Shown: positions 28,500 through 44,190, counted from the first letter of the stretch. The stretch: DNA of 64,000 bases from Balanoglossus misakiensis (GCA_040954595.2 CM082591.2:10805309-10869308); one strand, 5' to 3'. The notes: generated from the letters alone by a model not told the origin. Numbers and translations are program-made.

Positions 28500-31400
28500 A
28501 ACAAACGAGTCTGTGTTTGGAAGCAACAATGGAAACTTTAGAACTATCCGTCGATCTAGAGAGTCTAGTGGAAATCTTTCTTATGCGCATAGACCTATCA
28601 TGTGTTCTGCGCATCACAACATATTTCCTTAAATAAACGAGGCTGTGTTTGGAAGCAACCATGGAAATTTTAGAACTCTCTGTCGATCTACAGAGTCTAG
28701 TGGAAAACTTTCTTATGCGCATAGACCTATCATGTGTTCTGCGCATCACAACAGAATTTTGTAAACAAACGAGGCTGTGTTTGGAAGCAACCATGGAAAC
28801 TTTACAACTATCCGTCGATCTATAGAGTCCAGTGGAAAACTTTCTTATGCGCATAGACCTATCATGTGTTCTGCGCATCACAACAGAATTTTGTAAACAA
28901 ACGAGGCTGTGTTTGGAAGCAACAATGGAAACTTTAGAACTATCCGTCGATCTACAGAGTCTAGTGGAAAACTTTCTTATGCGCATAGACCTATCATGTG
29001 TTCTGCGCATCACAACAGAATTTTGTAAACAAACGAGGCTGTGTTTGGAAGCAACCATGGAAACTTTACAACTATCCGTCGATCTAGAGAGTCCAGTGGA
29101 AAACTTTCTTATGCGCATAGACCTATCATGTGTTCTGCGCATCACAACAGAATTTTGTAAACAAACGAGGCTGTGTTTGGAAGCAACAATGGAAACTTTA
29201 GAACTATCCGTCGATCTACAGAGTCTAGTGGAAAACTTTCTTATGCGCATAGACCTATCATGGGTTCTGCGCATCACAACAGAATTTTGTAAACAAACGA
29301 GGCTGTGTTTGGAGGCAACAATGGAAACTTTAGAACTATCCGTCGATCTACAGAGTCTAGTGGAAAACTTTCTAATGCGCATAGACCTATCATGTGTTCT
29401 GCGCATCACAACAGAATTTTGTAAACAAACGAGGCTGTGTTTGGAAGCAACCATGGAAACTTTAGAACTATCCGTCGTTCTACAGAGTCTAGAGGAAAAC
29501 TTTCTTATCCTCATAGGCCTATCATGTGTTCTGCGCATCACAACAGAATTTTGTAAACAAGCGAGGCTGTGTTTGGAAGCAACCATGGAAACTTTAGAAC
29601 TATCCGTCGATCTACAGAGTCTAGTGGAAAACTTTCTTATGCGCATAGACCTATCATGTGTTCTGCGCATCACAACAGAATTTTGTAAACAAACGAGGCT
29701 GTGTTTGGAAGCAACCATGGAAACTTTAGAACTATCCGTCGTTCTACAGAGTCTAGAGGAAAACTTTCTTATCCTCATAGGCCTATCATGTGTTCTGCGC
29801 ATCACAACAGAATTTTGTAAACAAACGAGTCTGTGTTTGGAAGCAACAATGGAAACTTTAGAACTATCCGTCGATCTACAGAGTCTAGTGGAAAACTTTC
29901 TTATGCGCATAGACCTATCATGTGTTCTGCGCATCACAACAGAATTTTGTAAACAAACGAGGCTGTGTTTGGAAGCAACCATGGAAACTTTAGAACTATC
30001 CGTCGATCTACAGAGTCTAGTGGAAAACTTTGTTATGCGCATAGACCTATCATGTGTTCTGCGCATCACAACAGAATTTTGTAAACAAACAGGCTGTGTT
30101 TGGAAGCAACCATGGAAACTTTAGAACTATCTGTCGATCTACAGAGTCTAGTGGAAAACTTTCTTATGCGCATAGGCCTATCATGTGCTCTGCGCATCAC
30201 AACTGATTTCCTTAAATAACCGAGGCTGTGTTTGGAAGCATCCATGGAAATTTTAGAACTATCCGTCGATCTGCTGAGTCTAGTGGAAAACTTTCCTTTG
30301 CGCATAGGCCTATCTATGTGTTCTGCGCATCACAACAGATTTCCTTAAATAAACGAGGCTGTGTTTGGAAGCAACCATGGAAACTTTAGAACTATCCGTC
30401 GTTCTACAGAGTCTAGAGGAAAACTTTCTTATCCTCATAGGCCTATCATGTGTTCTGCGCATCACAACAGAATTTTGTAAACAAACGAGGCTGTGTTTGG
30501 AAGCAACCATGGAAACTTTAGAACTATCCGTCGATCTACAGAGTCTAGTGGAAAACTTTCTTATGCGCATAGACCTATCATGTGTTCTGCGCATCACAAC
30601 AGAATTTTGTAAACAAACGAGGCTGTGTTTGGAAGCAACCATGGAAACTTTAGAACTATCCGTCGTTCTACAGAGTCTAGAGGAAAACTTTCTTATCCTC
30701 ATAGGCCTATCATGTGTTCTGCGCATCACAACAGAATTTTGTAAACAAACGAGTCTGTGTTTGGAAGCAACAATGGAAACTTTAGAACTATCCGTCGATC
30801 TAGAGAGTCTAGTGGAAAACTTTCTTATGCGCATAGACCTATCATGTGTTCTGCGCATCACAACATATTTCCTTAAATAAACGAGGCTGTGTTTGGAAGC
30901 AACCATGGAAATTTTAGAACTATCCGTCGATCTACAGAGTCTAGTGGAAAACTTTCTTATGCGCATAGACCTATCATGTGTTCTGCGCATCACAACAGAA
31001 TTTTGTAAACAAACGAGGCTGTGTTTGGAAGCAACCATGGAAACTTTACAACTATCCGTCGATCTATAGAGTCCAGTGGAAAACTTTCTTATGCGCATAG
31101 ACCTATCATGTGTTCTGCGCATCACAACAGAATTTTGTAAACAAACGAGGCTGTGTTTGGAAGCAACAATGGAAACTTTAGAACTATCCGTCGATCTACA
31201 GAGTCTAGTGGAAAACTTTCTTATGCGCATAGACCTATCATGTGTTCTGCGCATCACAACAGAATTTTGTAAACAAACGAGGCTGTGTTTGGAAGCAACC
31301 ATGGAAACTTTACAACTATCCGTCGATCTATAGAGTCCAGTGGAAAACTTTCTTATGCGCATAGACCTATCATGTGTTCTGCGCATCACAACAGAATTTT

Positions 31401-34400
31401 GTAAACAAACGAGGCTGTGTTTGGAAGCAACAATGGAAACTTTAGAACTATCCGTCGATCTACAGAGTCTAGTGGAAAACTTTGTTATGCGCATAGACCT
31501 ATCATGTGTTCTGCGCATCACAACAGAATTTTGTAAACAAACAGGCTGTGTTTGGAAGCAACCATGGAAACTTTAGAACTATCTGTCGATCTACAGAGTC
31601 TAGTGGAAAACTTTCTTATGCGCATAGGCCTATCATGTGCTCTGCGCATCACAACTGATTTCCTTAAATAACCGAGGCTGTGTTTGGAAGCATCCATGGA
31701 AATTTTAGAACTATCCGTCGATCTGCTGAGTCTAGTGGAAAACTTTCCTTTGCGCATAGGCCTATCTATGTGTTCTGCGCATCACAACAGATTTCCTTAA
31801 ATAAACGAGGCTGTGTTTGGAAGCAACCATGGAAACTTTAGAACTATCCGTCGTTCTACAGAGTCTAGAGGAAAACTTTCTTATCCTCATAGGCCTATCA
31901 TGTGTTCTGCGCATCACAACAGAATTTTGTAAACAAACGAGGCTGTGTTTGGAAGCAACCATGGAAACTTTAGAACTATCCGTCGATCTACAGAGTCTAG
32001 TGGAAAACTTTCTTATGCGCATAGACCTATCATGTGTTCTGCGCATCACAACAGAATTTTGTAAACAAACGAGGCTGTGTTTGGAAGCAACCATGGAAAC
32101 TTTAGAACTATCCGTCGTTCTACAGAGTCTAGAGGAAAACTTTCTTATCCTCATAGGCCTATCATGTGTTCTGCGCATCACAACAGAATTTTGTAAACAA
32201 ACGAGTCTGTGTTTGGAAGCAACAATGGAAACTTTAGAACTATCCGTCGATCTAGAGAGTCTAGTGGAAAACTTTCTTATGCGCATAGACCTATCATGTG
32301 TTCTGCGCATCACAACATATTTCCTTAAATAAACGAGGCTGTGTTTGGAAGCAACCATGGAAATTTTAGAACTATCCGTCGATCTACAGAGTCTAGTGGA
32401 AAACTTTCTTATGCGCATAGACCTATCATGTGTTCTGCGCATCACAACAGAATTTTGTAAACAAACGAGGCTGTGTTTGGAAGCAACCATGGAAACTTTA
32501 CAACTATCCGTCGATCTATAGAGTCCAGTGGAAAACTTTCTTATGCGCATAGACCTATCATGTGTTCTGCGCATCACAACAGAATTTTGTAAACAAACGA
32601 GGCTGTGTTTGGAAGCAACAATGGAAACTTTAGAACTATCCGTCGATCTACAGAGTCTAGTGGAAAACTTTCTTATGCGCATAGACCTATCATGTGTTCT
32701 GCGCATCACAACAGAATTTTGTAAACAAACGAGGCTGTGTTTGGAAGCAACCATGGAAACTTTACAACTATCCGTCGATCTATAGAGTCCAGTGGAAAAC
32801 TTTCTTATGCGCATAGACCTATCATGTGTTCTGCGCATCACAACAGAATTTTGTAAACAAACGAGGCTGTGTTTGGAAGCAACAATGGAAACTTTAGAAC
32901 TATCCGTCGATCTACAGAGTCTAGTGGAAAACTTTCTTATGCGCATAGACCTATCATGGGTTCTGCGCATCACAACAGAATTTTGTAAACAAACGAGGCT
33001 GTGTTTGGAGGCAACAATGGAAACTTTAGAACTATCCGTCGATCTACAGAGTCTAGTGGAAAACTTTCTAATGCGCATAGACCTATCATGTGTTCTGCGC
33101 ATCACAACAGAATTTTGTAAACAAACGAGGCTGTGTTTGGAAGCAACCATGGAAACTTTAGAACTATCCGTCGTTCTACAGAGTCTAGAGGAAAACTTTC
33201 TTATCCTCATAGGCCTATCATGTGTTCTGCGCATCACAACAGAATTTTGTAAACAAGCGAGGCTGTGTTTGGAAGCAACCATGGAAACTTTAGAACTATC
33301 CGTCGATCTACAGAGTCTAGTGGAAAACTTTCTTATGCGCATAGACCTATCATGTGTTCTGCGCATCACAACAGAATTTTGTAAACAAACGAGGCTGTGT
33401 TTGGAAGCAACCATGGAAACTTTAGAACTATCCGTCGTTCTACAGAGTCTAGAGGAAAACTTTCTTATCCTCATAGGCCTATCATGTGTTCTGCGCATCA
33501 CAACAGAATTTTGTAAACAAACGAGTCTGTGTTTGGAAGCAACAATGGAAACTTTAGAACTATCCGTCGATCTACAGAGTCTAGTGGAAAACTTTCTTAT
33601 GCGCATAGACCTATCATGTGTTCTGCGCATCACAACAGAATTTTGTAAACAAACGAGGCTGTGTTTGGAAGCAACCATGGAAACTTTAGAACTATCTGTC
33701 GATCTACAGAGTCTAGTGGAAAACTTTCTTATGCGCATAGACCTATCATGTGTTCTGCGCATCACAACAGAATTTTGTAAACAAACAGGCTGTGTTTGGA
33801 AGCAACCATGGAAACTTTAGAACTATCTGTCGATCTACAGAGTCTAGTGGAAAACTTTCTTATGCGCATAGGCCTATCATGTGCTCTGCGCATCACAACT
33901 GATTTCCTTAAATAACCGAGGCTGTGTTTGGAAGCATCCATGGAAATTTTAGAACTATCCGTCGATCTGCTGAGTCTAGTGGAAAACTTTCCTTTGCGCA
34001 TAGGCCTATCTATGTGTTCTGCGCATCACAACAGATTTCCTTAAATAAACGAGGCTGTGTTTGGAAGCAACCATGGAAACTTTAGAACTATCCGTCGATC
34101 GACAAAGTCTAGTGGAAAACTTTCTTATGCGCATAGACCTATCATGTGTTCTGCGCATCACAACAGAATTTTGTAAACAAACGTGGCCGTGTTTGGAAGC
34201 AACCATGGAAACTTTAGAACTATCCGTCGATCTACAGAGTCTAGAGGAAAACTTTCTTATCCTCATAGGCCTATCATGTGTTCTGCGCATCACAACAGAA
34301 TTTTGTATACAAACGAGGCTGTGTTTGGAAGCAACCATGGAAACTTTAGAACTATCCGTCGATCTACAGAGTCTAGTGGAAAACTTTCTTATGCGCATAG

Positions 34401-37400
34401 ACCTATCATGTGTTCTGCGCATCACAACAGAATTTTGTAAACAAACGAGGCTGTGTTTGGAAGCAACCATGGAAACTTTACAACTATCCGTCGATCTACA
34501 GAGTCTAGTGGAAAACTTTGTTATGCGCATAGACCTATCATGTGTTCTGCGCATCACAGCAGAATTTTGTAAACAAACGAGGCCGTGTTTCGAAGCAACC
34601 ATGGAAACTTTAGAACTATCCGTCGATCTACAGAGTCTAGTGGAAAACTTTCTAATGCGCATAGACCTATCATGTGTTCTGCGCATCACAACAGAATTTT
34701 GTAAACAAACGAGGCTGTGTTTGGAAGCAACCATGGAAACTTTAGAACTATCCGTCGTTCTACAGAGTCTAGTGGAAAACTTTCTTATCCTCATAGGCCT
34801 ATCATGTGTTCTGCGCATCACAACATAATTTTGTAAACAAACGAGGCTGTGTTTGGAAGCAACCATGGAAACTTTAGAACTATCCGTCGATCTACAGAGT
34901 CTAGTAGAAAACTTTCTTATGCGCATAGACCTATCATGTGTTCTGCGCATCACAACAGAATTTTGTAAACAAACGAGGCTGTGTTTGGAAGCAACCATGG
35001 AAACTTTAGAACTATCCGTCGTTCTACAGAGTCTAGAGGAAAACTTTCTTATCCTCATAGGCCTATCATGTGTTCTGCGCATCACAACAGAATTTTGTAA
35101 ACAAACGAGTCTGTGTTTGGAAGCAACAATGGAAACTTTAGAACTATCCGTCGATCTACAGAGTCTAGTGGAAAACTTTCTTATGCGCATAGACCTATCA
35201 TGTGTTCTGCGCATCACAACATATTTCCTTAAATAAACGAGGCTGTGTTTGGAAGCAACCATGGAAATTTTAGAACTATCCGTCGATCTACAGAGTCTAG
35301 TGGAAAACTTTCTTATGCGCATAGACCTATCATGTGTTCTGCGCATCACAACAGAATTTTGTAAACAAACGAGGCTGTGTTTGGAAGCAACCATGGAAAC
35401 TTTACAACTATCCGTCGATCTACAGAGTCTAGTGGAAAACTTTCTTATGCGCATAGACCTATCATGTGTTCTGCGCATCACAACAGAATTTTGTAAACAA
35501 ACGAGGCTGTGTTTGGAAGCAACCATGGAAACTTTACAACTATCCGTCGATCTATAGAGTCCAGTGGAAAACTTTCTTATGCGCATAGACCTATCATGTG
35601 TTCTGCGCATCACAACAGAATTTTGTAAACAAACGAGGCTGTGTTTGGAAGCAACAATGGAAACTTTAGAACTATCCGTCGATCTACAGAGTCTAGTGGA
35701 AAACTTTCTTATGCGCATAGACCTATCATGTGTTCTGCGCATCACAACAGAATTTTGTAAACAAACGAGGCTGTGTTTGGAAGCAACCATGGAAACTTTA
35801 CAACTATCCGTCGATCTATAGAGTCCAGTGGAAAACTTTCTTATGCGCATAGACCTATCATGTGTTCTGCGCATCACAACAGAATTTTGTAAACAAACGA
35901 GGCTGTGTTTGGAAGCAACAATGGAAACTTTAGAACTATCCGTCGATCTACAGAGTCTAGTGGAAAACTTTCTTATGCGCATAGACCTATCATGTGTTCT
36001 GCGCATCACAACAGAATTTTGTAAACAAACGAGGCTGTGTTTGGAGGCAACAATGGAAACTTTAGAACTATCCGTCGATCTACAGAGTCTAGTGGAAAAC
36101 TTTCTAATGCGCATAGACCTATCATGTGTTCTGCGCATCACAACAGAATTTTGTAAACAAACGAGGCTGTGTTTGGAAGCAACCATGGAAACTTTAGAAC
36201 TATCCGTCGTTCTACAGAGTCTAGAGGAAAACTTTCTTATCCTCATAGGCCTATCATGTGTTCTGCGCATCACAACAGAATTTTGTAAACAAACGAGTCT
36301 GTGTTTGGAAGCAACAATGGAAACTTTAGAACTATCCGTCGATCTACAGAGTCTAGTGGAAAACTTTCTTATGCGCATAGACCTATCATGTGTTCTGCGC
36401 ATCACAACAGAATTTTGTAAACAAACGAGGCTGTGTTTGGAAGCAACCATGGAAACTTTAGAACTATCCGTCGATCTACAGAGTCTAGTGGAAAACTTTC
36501 TTATGCGCATAGACCTATCATGTGTTCTGCGCATCACAACAGAATTTTGTAAACAAACAGGCTGTGTTTGGAAGCAACCATGGAAACTTTAGAACTATCT
36601 GTCGATCTACAGAGTCTAGTGGAAAACTTTCTTATGCGCATAGGCCTATCATGTGCTCTGCGCATCACAACTGATTTCCTTAAATAACCGAGGCTGTGTT
36701 TGGAAGCATCCATGGAAATTTTAGAACTATCCGTCGATCTGCTGAGTCTAGTGGAAAACTTTCCTTTGCGCATAGGCCTATCTATGTGTTCTGCGCATCA
36801 CAAAAGATTTCCTTAAATAAACGAGGCTGTGTTTGGAAGCAACCATGGAAACTTTAGAACTATCCGTCGATCGACAAAGTCTAGTGGAAAACTTTCTTAT
36901 GCGCATAGACCTATCATGTGTTCTGCGCATCACAACAGAATTTTGTAAACAAACGAGGCCGTGTTTGGAAGCAACCATGGAAACTTTAGAACTATCCGTC
37001 GATCTACAGAGTCTAGAGGAAAACTTTCTTATCCTCATAGGCCTATCATGTGTTCTGCGCATCACAACAGAATTTTGTATACAAACGAGGCTGTGTTTGG
37101 AAGCAACCATGGAAACTTTAGAACTATCCGTCGATCTACAGAGTCTAGTGGAAAACTTTCTTATGCGCATAGACCTATCATGTGTTCTGCGCATCACAAC
37201 AGAATTTTGTAAACAAACGAGGCTGTGTTTGGAAGCAACCATGGAAACTTTACAACTATCCGTCGATCTACAGAGTCTAGTGGAAAACTTTGTTATGCGC
37301 ATAGACCTATCATGTGTTCTGCGCATCACAGCAGAATTTTGTAAACAAACGAGGCCGTGTTTCGAAGCAACCATGGAAACTTTAGAACTATCCGTCGATC

Positions 37401-40400
37401 TACAGAGTCTAGTGGAAAACTTTCTAATGCGCATAGACCTATCATGTGTTCTGCGCATCACAACAGAATTTTGTAAACAAACGAGGCTGTGTTTGGAAGC
37501 AACCATGGAAACTTTAGAACTATCCGTCGTTCTACAGAGTCTAGTGGAAAACTTTCTTATCCTCATAGGCCTATCATGTGTTCTGCGCATCACAACATAA
37601 TTTTGTAAACAAACGAGGCTGTGTTTGGAAGCAACCATGGAAACTTTAGAACTATCCGTCGATCTACAGAGTCTAGTAGAAAACTTTCTTATGCGCATAG
37701 ACCTATCATGTGTTCTGCGCATCACAACAGAATTTTGTAAACAAACGAGGCTGTGTTTGGAAGCAACCATGGAAACTTTAGAACTATCCGTCGTTCTACA
37801 GAGTCTAGAGGAAAACTTTCTTATCCTCATAGGCCTATCATGTGTTCTGCGCATCACAACAGAATTTTGTAAACAAACGAGTCTGTGTTTGGAAGCAACA
37901 ATGGAAACTTTAGAACTATCCGTCGATCTACAGAGTCTAGTGGAAAACTTTCTTATGCGCATAGACCTATCATGTGTTCTGCGCATCACAACATATTTCC
38001 TTAAATAAACGAGGCTGTGTTTGGAAGCAACCATGGAAATTTTAGAACTATCCGTCGATCTACAGAGTCTAGTGGAAAACTTTCTTATGCGCATAGACCT
38101 ATCATATGTTCTGCGCATCACAACAGAATTTTGTAAACAAACGAGGCTGTGTTTGGAAGCAACCATGGAAACTTTACAACTATCCGTCGATCTATAGAGT
38201 CCAGTGGAAAACTTTCTTATGCGCATAGACCTATCATGTGTTCTGCGCATCACAACAGAATTTTGTAAACAAACGAGGCTGTGTTTGGAAGCAACAATGG
38301 AAACTTTAGAACTATCCGTCGATCTACAGAGTCTAGTGGAAAACTTTCTTATGCGCATAGACCTATCATGTGTTCTGCGCATCACAACAGAATTTTGTAA
38401 ACAAACGAGGCTGTGTTTGGAAGCAACCATGGAAACTTTACAACTATCCGTCGATCTATAGAGTCCAGTGGAAAACTTTCTTATGCGCATAGACCTATCA
38501 TGTGTTCTGCGCATCACAACAGAATTTTGTAAACAAACGAGGCTGTGTTTGGAAGCAACAATGGAAACTTTAGAACTATCCGTCGATCTACAGAGTCTAG
38601 TGGAAAACTTTCTTATGCGCATAGACCTATCATGTGTTCTGCGCATCACAACAGAATTTTGTAAACAAACGAGGCTGTGTTTGGAGGCAACAATGGAAAC
38701 TTTAGAACTATCCGTCGATCTACAGAGTCTAGTGGAAAACTTTCTAATGCGCATAGACCTATCATGTGTTCTGCGCATCACAACAGAATTTTGTAAACAA
38801 ACGAGGCTGTGTTTGGAAGCAACAATGGAAACTTTAGAACTATCCGTCGATCTACAGAGTCTAGTGGAAAACTTTCTTATGCGCATAGACCTATCATGTG
38901 TTCTGCGCATCACAACAGAATTTTGTAAACAAACGAGGCTGTGTTTGGAGGCAACAATGGAAACTTTAGAACTATCCGTCGATCTACAGAGTCTAGTGGA
39001 AAACTTTCTAATGCGCATAGACCTATCATGTGTTCTGCGCATCACAACAGAATTTTGTAAACAAACGAGGCTGTGTTTGGAAGCAACCATGGAAACTTTA
39101 GAACTATCCGTCGTTCTACAGAGTCTAGAGGAAAACTTTCTTATCCTCATAGGCCTATCATGTGTTCTGCGCATCACAACAGAATTTTGTAAACAAACGA
39201 GGCTGTGTTTGGAAGCAACCATGGAAACTTTAGAACTATCCGTCGATCTACAGAGTCTAGTGGAAAACTTTCTTATGCGCATAGACCTATCATGTGTTCT
39301 GCGCATCACAACAGAATTTTGTAAACAAACGAGGCTGTGTTTGGAAGCAACCATGGAAACTTTACAACTATCCGTCGATCTATAGAGTCCAGTGGAAAAC
39401 TTTCTTATGCGCATAGACCTATCATGTGTTCTGCGCATCACAACAGAATTTTGTAAACAAACGAGGCTGTGTTTGGAAGCAACAATGGAAACTTTAGAAC
39501 TATCCGTCGATCTACAGAGTCTAGTGGAAAACTTTCTTATGCGCATAGACCTATCATGTGTTCTGCGCATCACAACAGAATTTTGTAAACAAACGAGGCT
39601 GTGTTTGGAGGCAACAATGGAAACTTTAGAACTATCCGTCGATCTACAGAGTCTAGTGGAAAACTTTCTAATGCGCATAGACCTATCATGTGTTCTGCGC
39701 ATCACAACAGAATTTTGTAAACAAACGAGGCTGTGTTTGGAGGCAACCATGGAAACTTTAGAACTATCCGTCGTTCTACAGAGTCTAGAGGAAAACTTTC
39801 TTATCCTCATAGGCCTATCATGTGTTCTGCGCATCACAACAGAATTTTGTAAACAAACAGGCTGTGTTTGGAAGCAACCATGGAAACTTTAGAACTATCT
39901 GTCGATCTACAGAGTCTAGTGGAAAACTTTCTTATGCGCATAGGCCTATCATGTGCTCTGCGCATCACAACTGATTTCCTTAAATAACCGAGGCTGTGTT
40001 TGGAAGCATCCATGGAAATTTTAGAACTATCCGTCGATCTACCGAGTCTATCAGAAAACTTTCTCATGCGCATAGGTCTATCGTGTGTTCTGCGCATCAC
40101 AACAGATTTCCTCAAATAAACGAGGCTGTGTTTGGAAGCAACCATGGAAACTTTAGAACTATCCGTCGTTCTACAGAGTCTAGAGGAAAAATTTCTTATC
40201 CTCATAGGCCTATCATGTGTTCTGCGCATCACAACAGAATTTTGTAAACAAACGAGGCTGTGTTTGGAAGCAACCATGGAAACTTTAGAACTATCCGTCG
40301 TTCTACAGAGTCTAGTGGAAAACTTTCTTATCCTCATAGGCCTATCATGTGTTCTGCGCATCACAACATAATTTTGTAAACAAACGAGGCTGTGTTTGGA

Positions 40401-43400
40401 AGCAACCATGGAAACTTTAGAACTATCCGTCGATCTACAGAGTCTAGTAGAAAACTTTCTTATGCGCATAGACCTATCATGTGTTCTGCGCATCACAACA
40501 GAATTTTGTAAACAAACGAGGCTGTGTTTGGAAGCAACCATGGAAACTTTAGAACTATCCGTCGTTCTACAGAGTCTAGAGGAAAACTTTCTTATCCTCA
40601 TAGGCCTATCATGTGTTCTGCGCATCACAACAGAATTTTGTAAACAAACGAGTCTGTGTTTGGAAGCAACAATGGAAACTTTAGAACTATCCGTCGATCT
40701 ACAGAGTCTAGTGGAAAACTTTCTTATGCGCATAGACCTATCATGTGTTCTGCGCATCACAACATATTTCCTTAAATAAACGAGGCTGTGTTTGGAAGCA
40801 ACCATGGAAATTTTAGAACTATCCGTCGATCTACAGAGTCTAGTGGAAAACTTTCTTATGCGCATAGACCTATCATGTGTTCTGCGCATCACAACAGAAT
40901 TTTGTAAACAAACGAGGCTGTGTTTGGAAGCAACCATGGAAACTTTACAACTATCCGTCGATCTATAGAGTCCAGTGGAAAACTTTCTTATGCGCATAGA
41001 CCTATCATGTGTTCTGCGCATCACAACAGAATTTTGTAAACAAACGAGGCTGTGTTTGGAAGCAACAATGGAAACTTTAGAACTATCCGTCGATCTACAG
41101 AGTCTAGTGGAAAACTTTCTTATGCGCATAGACCTATCATGTGTTCTGCGCATCACAACAGAATTTTGTAAACAAACGAGGCTGTGTTTGGAGGCAACAA
41201 TGGAAACTTTAGAACTATCCGTCGATCTACAGAGTCTAGTGGAAAACTTTCTAATGCGCATAGACCTATCATGTGTTCTGCGCATCACAACAGAATTTTG
41301 TAAACAAACGAGGCTGTGTTTGGAAGCAACCATGGAAACTTTAGAACTATCCGTCGTTCTACAGAGTCTAGAGGAAAACTTTCTTATCCTCATAGGCCTA
41401 TCATGTGTTCTGCGCATCACAACAGAATTTTGTAAACAAACGAGGCTGTGTTTGGAAGCAACCATGGAAACTTTAGAACTATCCGTCGATCTACAGAGTC
41501 TAGTGGAAAACTTTCTTATGCGCATAGACCTATCATGTGTTCTGCGCATCACAACAGAATTTTGTAAACAAACGAGGCTGTGTTTGGAAGCAACCATGGA
41601 AACTTTACAACTATCCGTCGATCTATAGAGTCCAGTGGAAAACTTTCTTATGCGCATAGACCTATCATGTGTTCTGCGCATCACAACAGAATTTTGTAAA
41701 CAAACGAGGCTGTGTTTGGAAGCAACAATGGAAACTTTAGAACTATCCGTCGATCTACAGAGTCTAGTGGAAAACTTTCTTATGCGCATAGACCTATCAT
41801 GTGTTCTGCGCATCACAACAGAATTTTGTAAACAAACGAGGCTGTGTTTGGAGGCAACAATGGAAACTTTAGAACTATCCGTCGATCTACAGAGTCTAGT
41901 GGAAAACTTTCTAATGCGCATAGACCTATCATGTGTTCTGCGCATCACAACAGAATTTTGTAAACAAACGAGGCTGTGTTTGGAGGCAACCATGGAAACT
42001 TTAGAACTATCCGTCGTTCTACAGAGTCTAGAGGAAAACTTTCTTATCCTCATAGGCCTATCATGTGTTCTGCGCATCACAACAGAATTTTGTAAACAAA
42101 CAGGCTGTGTTTGGAAGCAACCATGGAAACTTTAGAACTATCTGTCGATCTACAGAGTCTAGTGGAAAACTTTCTTATGCGCATAGGCCTATCATGTGCT
42201 CTGCGCATCACAACTGATTTCCTTAAATAACCGAGGCTGTGTTTGGAAGCATCCATGGAAATTTTAGAACTATCCGTCGATCTACCGAGTCTATCAGAAA
42301 ACTTTCTCATGCGCATAGGTCTATCGTGTGTTCTGCGCATCACAACAGATTTCCTCAAATAAACGAGGCTGTGTTTGGAAGCAACCATGGAAACTTTAGA
42401 ACTATCCGTCGTTCTACAGAGTCTAGAGGAAAAATTTCTTATCCTCATAGGCCTATCATGTGTTCTGCGCATCACAACAGAATTTTGTAAACAAGCGAGG
42501 CTGTGTTTGGAAGCAACCATGGAAACTTTAGAACTATCCGTCGATCTACAGAGTCTAGTGGAAAACTTTCTTATGCGCATAGACCTATCATGTGTTCTGC
42601 GCATCACAACAGAATTTTGTAAACAAACGAGGCTGTGTTTGGAAGCAACCATGGAAACTTTAGAACTATCCGTCGATCTACAGAGTCTAGTGGAAAACTT
42701 TCTTATGCGCATAGACCTATCATGTGTTCTGCGCATCACAACAGAATTTTGTAAACAAACAGGCTGTGTTTGGAAGCAACCATGGAAACTTTAGAACTAT
42801 CTGTCGATCTACAGAGTCTAGTGGAAAACTTTCTTATGCGCATAGGCCTATCATGTGCTCTGCGCATCACAACTGATTTCCTTAAATAACCGAGGCTGTG
42901 TTTGGAAGCATCCATGGAAATTTTAGAACTATCCGTCGATCTACCGAGTCTATCAGAAAACTTTCTCATGCGCATAGGTCTATCGTGTGTTCTGCGCATC
43001 ACAACAGATTTCCTCAAATAAACGAGGCTGTGTTTGGAAGCAACCATGGAAATTTTAGAACTATCCGTCGATCTACAGAGTCTAGTGGAAAACTTTCTTA
43101 TGCGCATAGACCTATCATGTGTTCTGCGCATCACAACAGAATTTTGTAAACAAACGAGGCTGTGTTTGGAGGCAACAATGGAAACTTTAGAACTATCCGT
43201 CGATCTACAGAGTCTAGTGGAAAACTTTCTAATGCGCATAGACCTATCATGTGTTCTGCGCATCACAACAGAATTTTGTAAACAAACGAGGCTGTGTTTG
43301 GAAGCAACCATGGAAACTTTAGAACTATCCGTCGTTCTACAGAGTCTAGAGGAAAACTTTCTTATCCTCATAGGCCTATCATGTGTTCTGCGCATCACAA

Positions 43401-44190
43401 CAGAATTTTGTAAACAAACGAGGCTGTGTTTGGAAGCAACCATGGAAACTTTAGAACTATCCGTCGATCTACAGAGTCTAGTGGAAAACTTTCTTATGCG
43501 CATAGACCTATCATGTGTTCTGCGCATCACAACAGAATTTTGTAAACAAACGAGGCTGTGTTTGGAAGCAACCATGGAAACTTTACAACTATCCGTCGAT
43601 CTATAGAGTCCAGTGGAAAACTTTCTTATGCGCATAGGCCTATCATGTGTTCTGCGCATCACAACAGAATTTTGTAAACAAACGAGGCTGTGTTTGGAAG
43701 CAACAATGGAAACTTTAGAACTATCCGTCGATCTACAGAGTCTAGTGGAAAACTTTCTTATGCGCATAGACCTATCATGTGTTCTGCGCATCACAACAGA
43801 ATTTTGTAAACAAACGAGGCTGTGTTTGGAGGCAACAATGGAAACTTTAGAACTATCCGTCGATCTACAGAGTCTAGTGGAAAACTTTCTAATGCGCATA
43901 GACCTATCATGTGTTCTGCGCATCACAACAGAATTTTGTAAACAAACGAGGCTGTGTTTGGAAGCAACCATGGAAACTTTAGAACTATCCGTCGATCTAC
44001 AGAGTCTAGTGGAAAACTTTCTTATGCGCATAGACCTATCATGTGTTCTGCGCATCACAACAGAATTTTGTAAACAAACGAGGCTGTGTTTGGAAGCAAC
44101 CATGGAAACTTTAGAACTATCCGTCGATCTACAGAGTCTAGTGGAAAACTTTCTTATGCGCATAGACCTATCATGTGTTCTGCGCATCAC
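28500..44190 (+). repeat. HOR domain B: variable 5- to 25-mer units marked by a 131-bp (-G) monomer
   Basis: AAACAAACAGGCTG (G lost) after 30090, 31542, 33786, 36558, 39858, 42101 and 42760. Linked to GTGCTCTG, AACTGATTTCCTTAAATAACCG and GCATCCATGG. CATATTTCCTTAAAT and GAGTCTGTG variants also present. Spacings 1452, 2244, 2772, 3300, 2243, 659, 1451. Confidence 0.85.
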
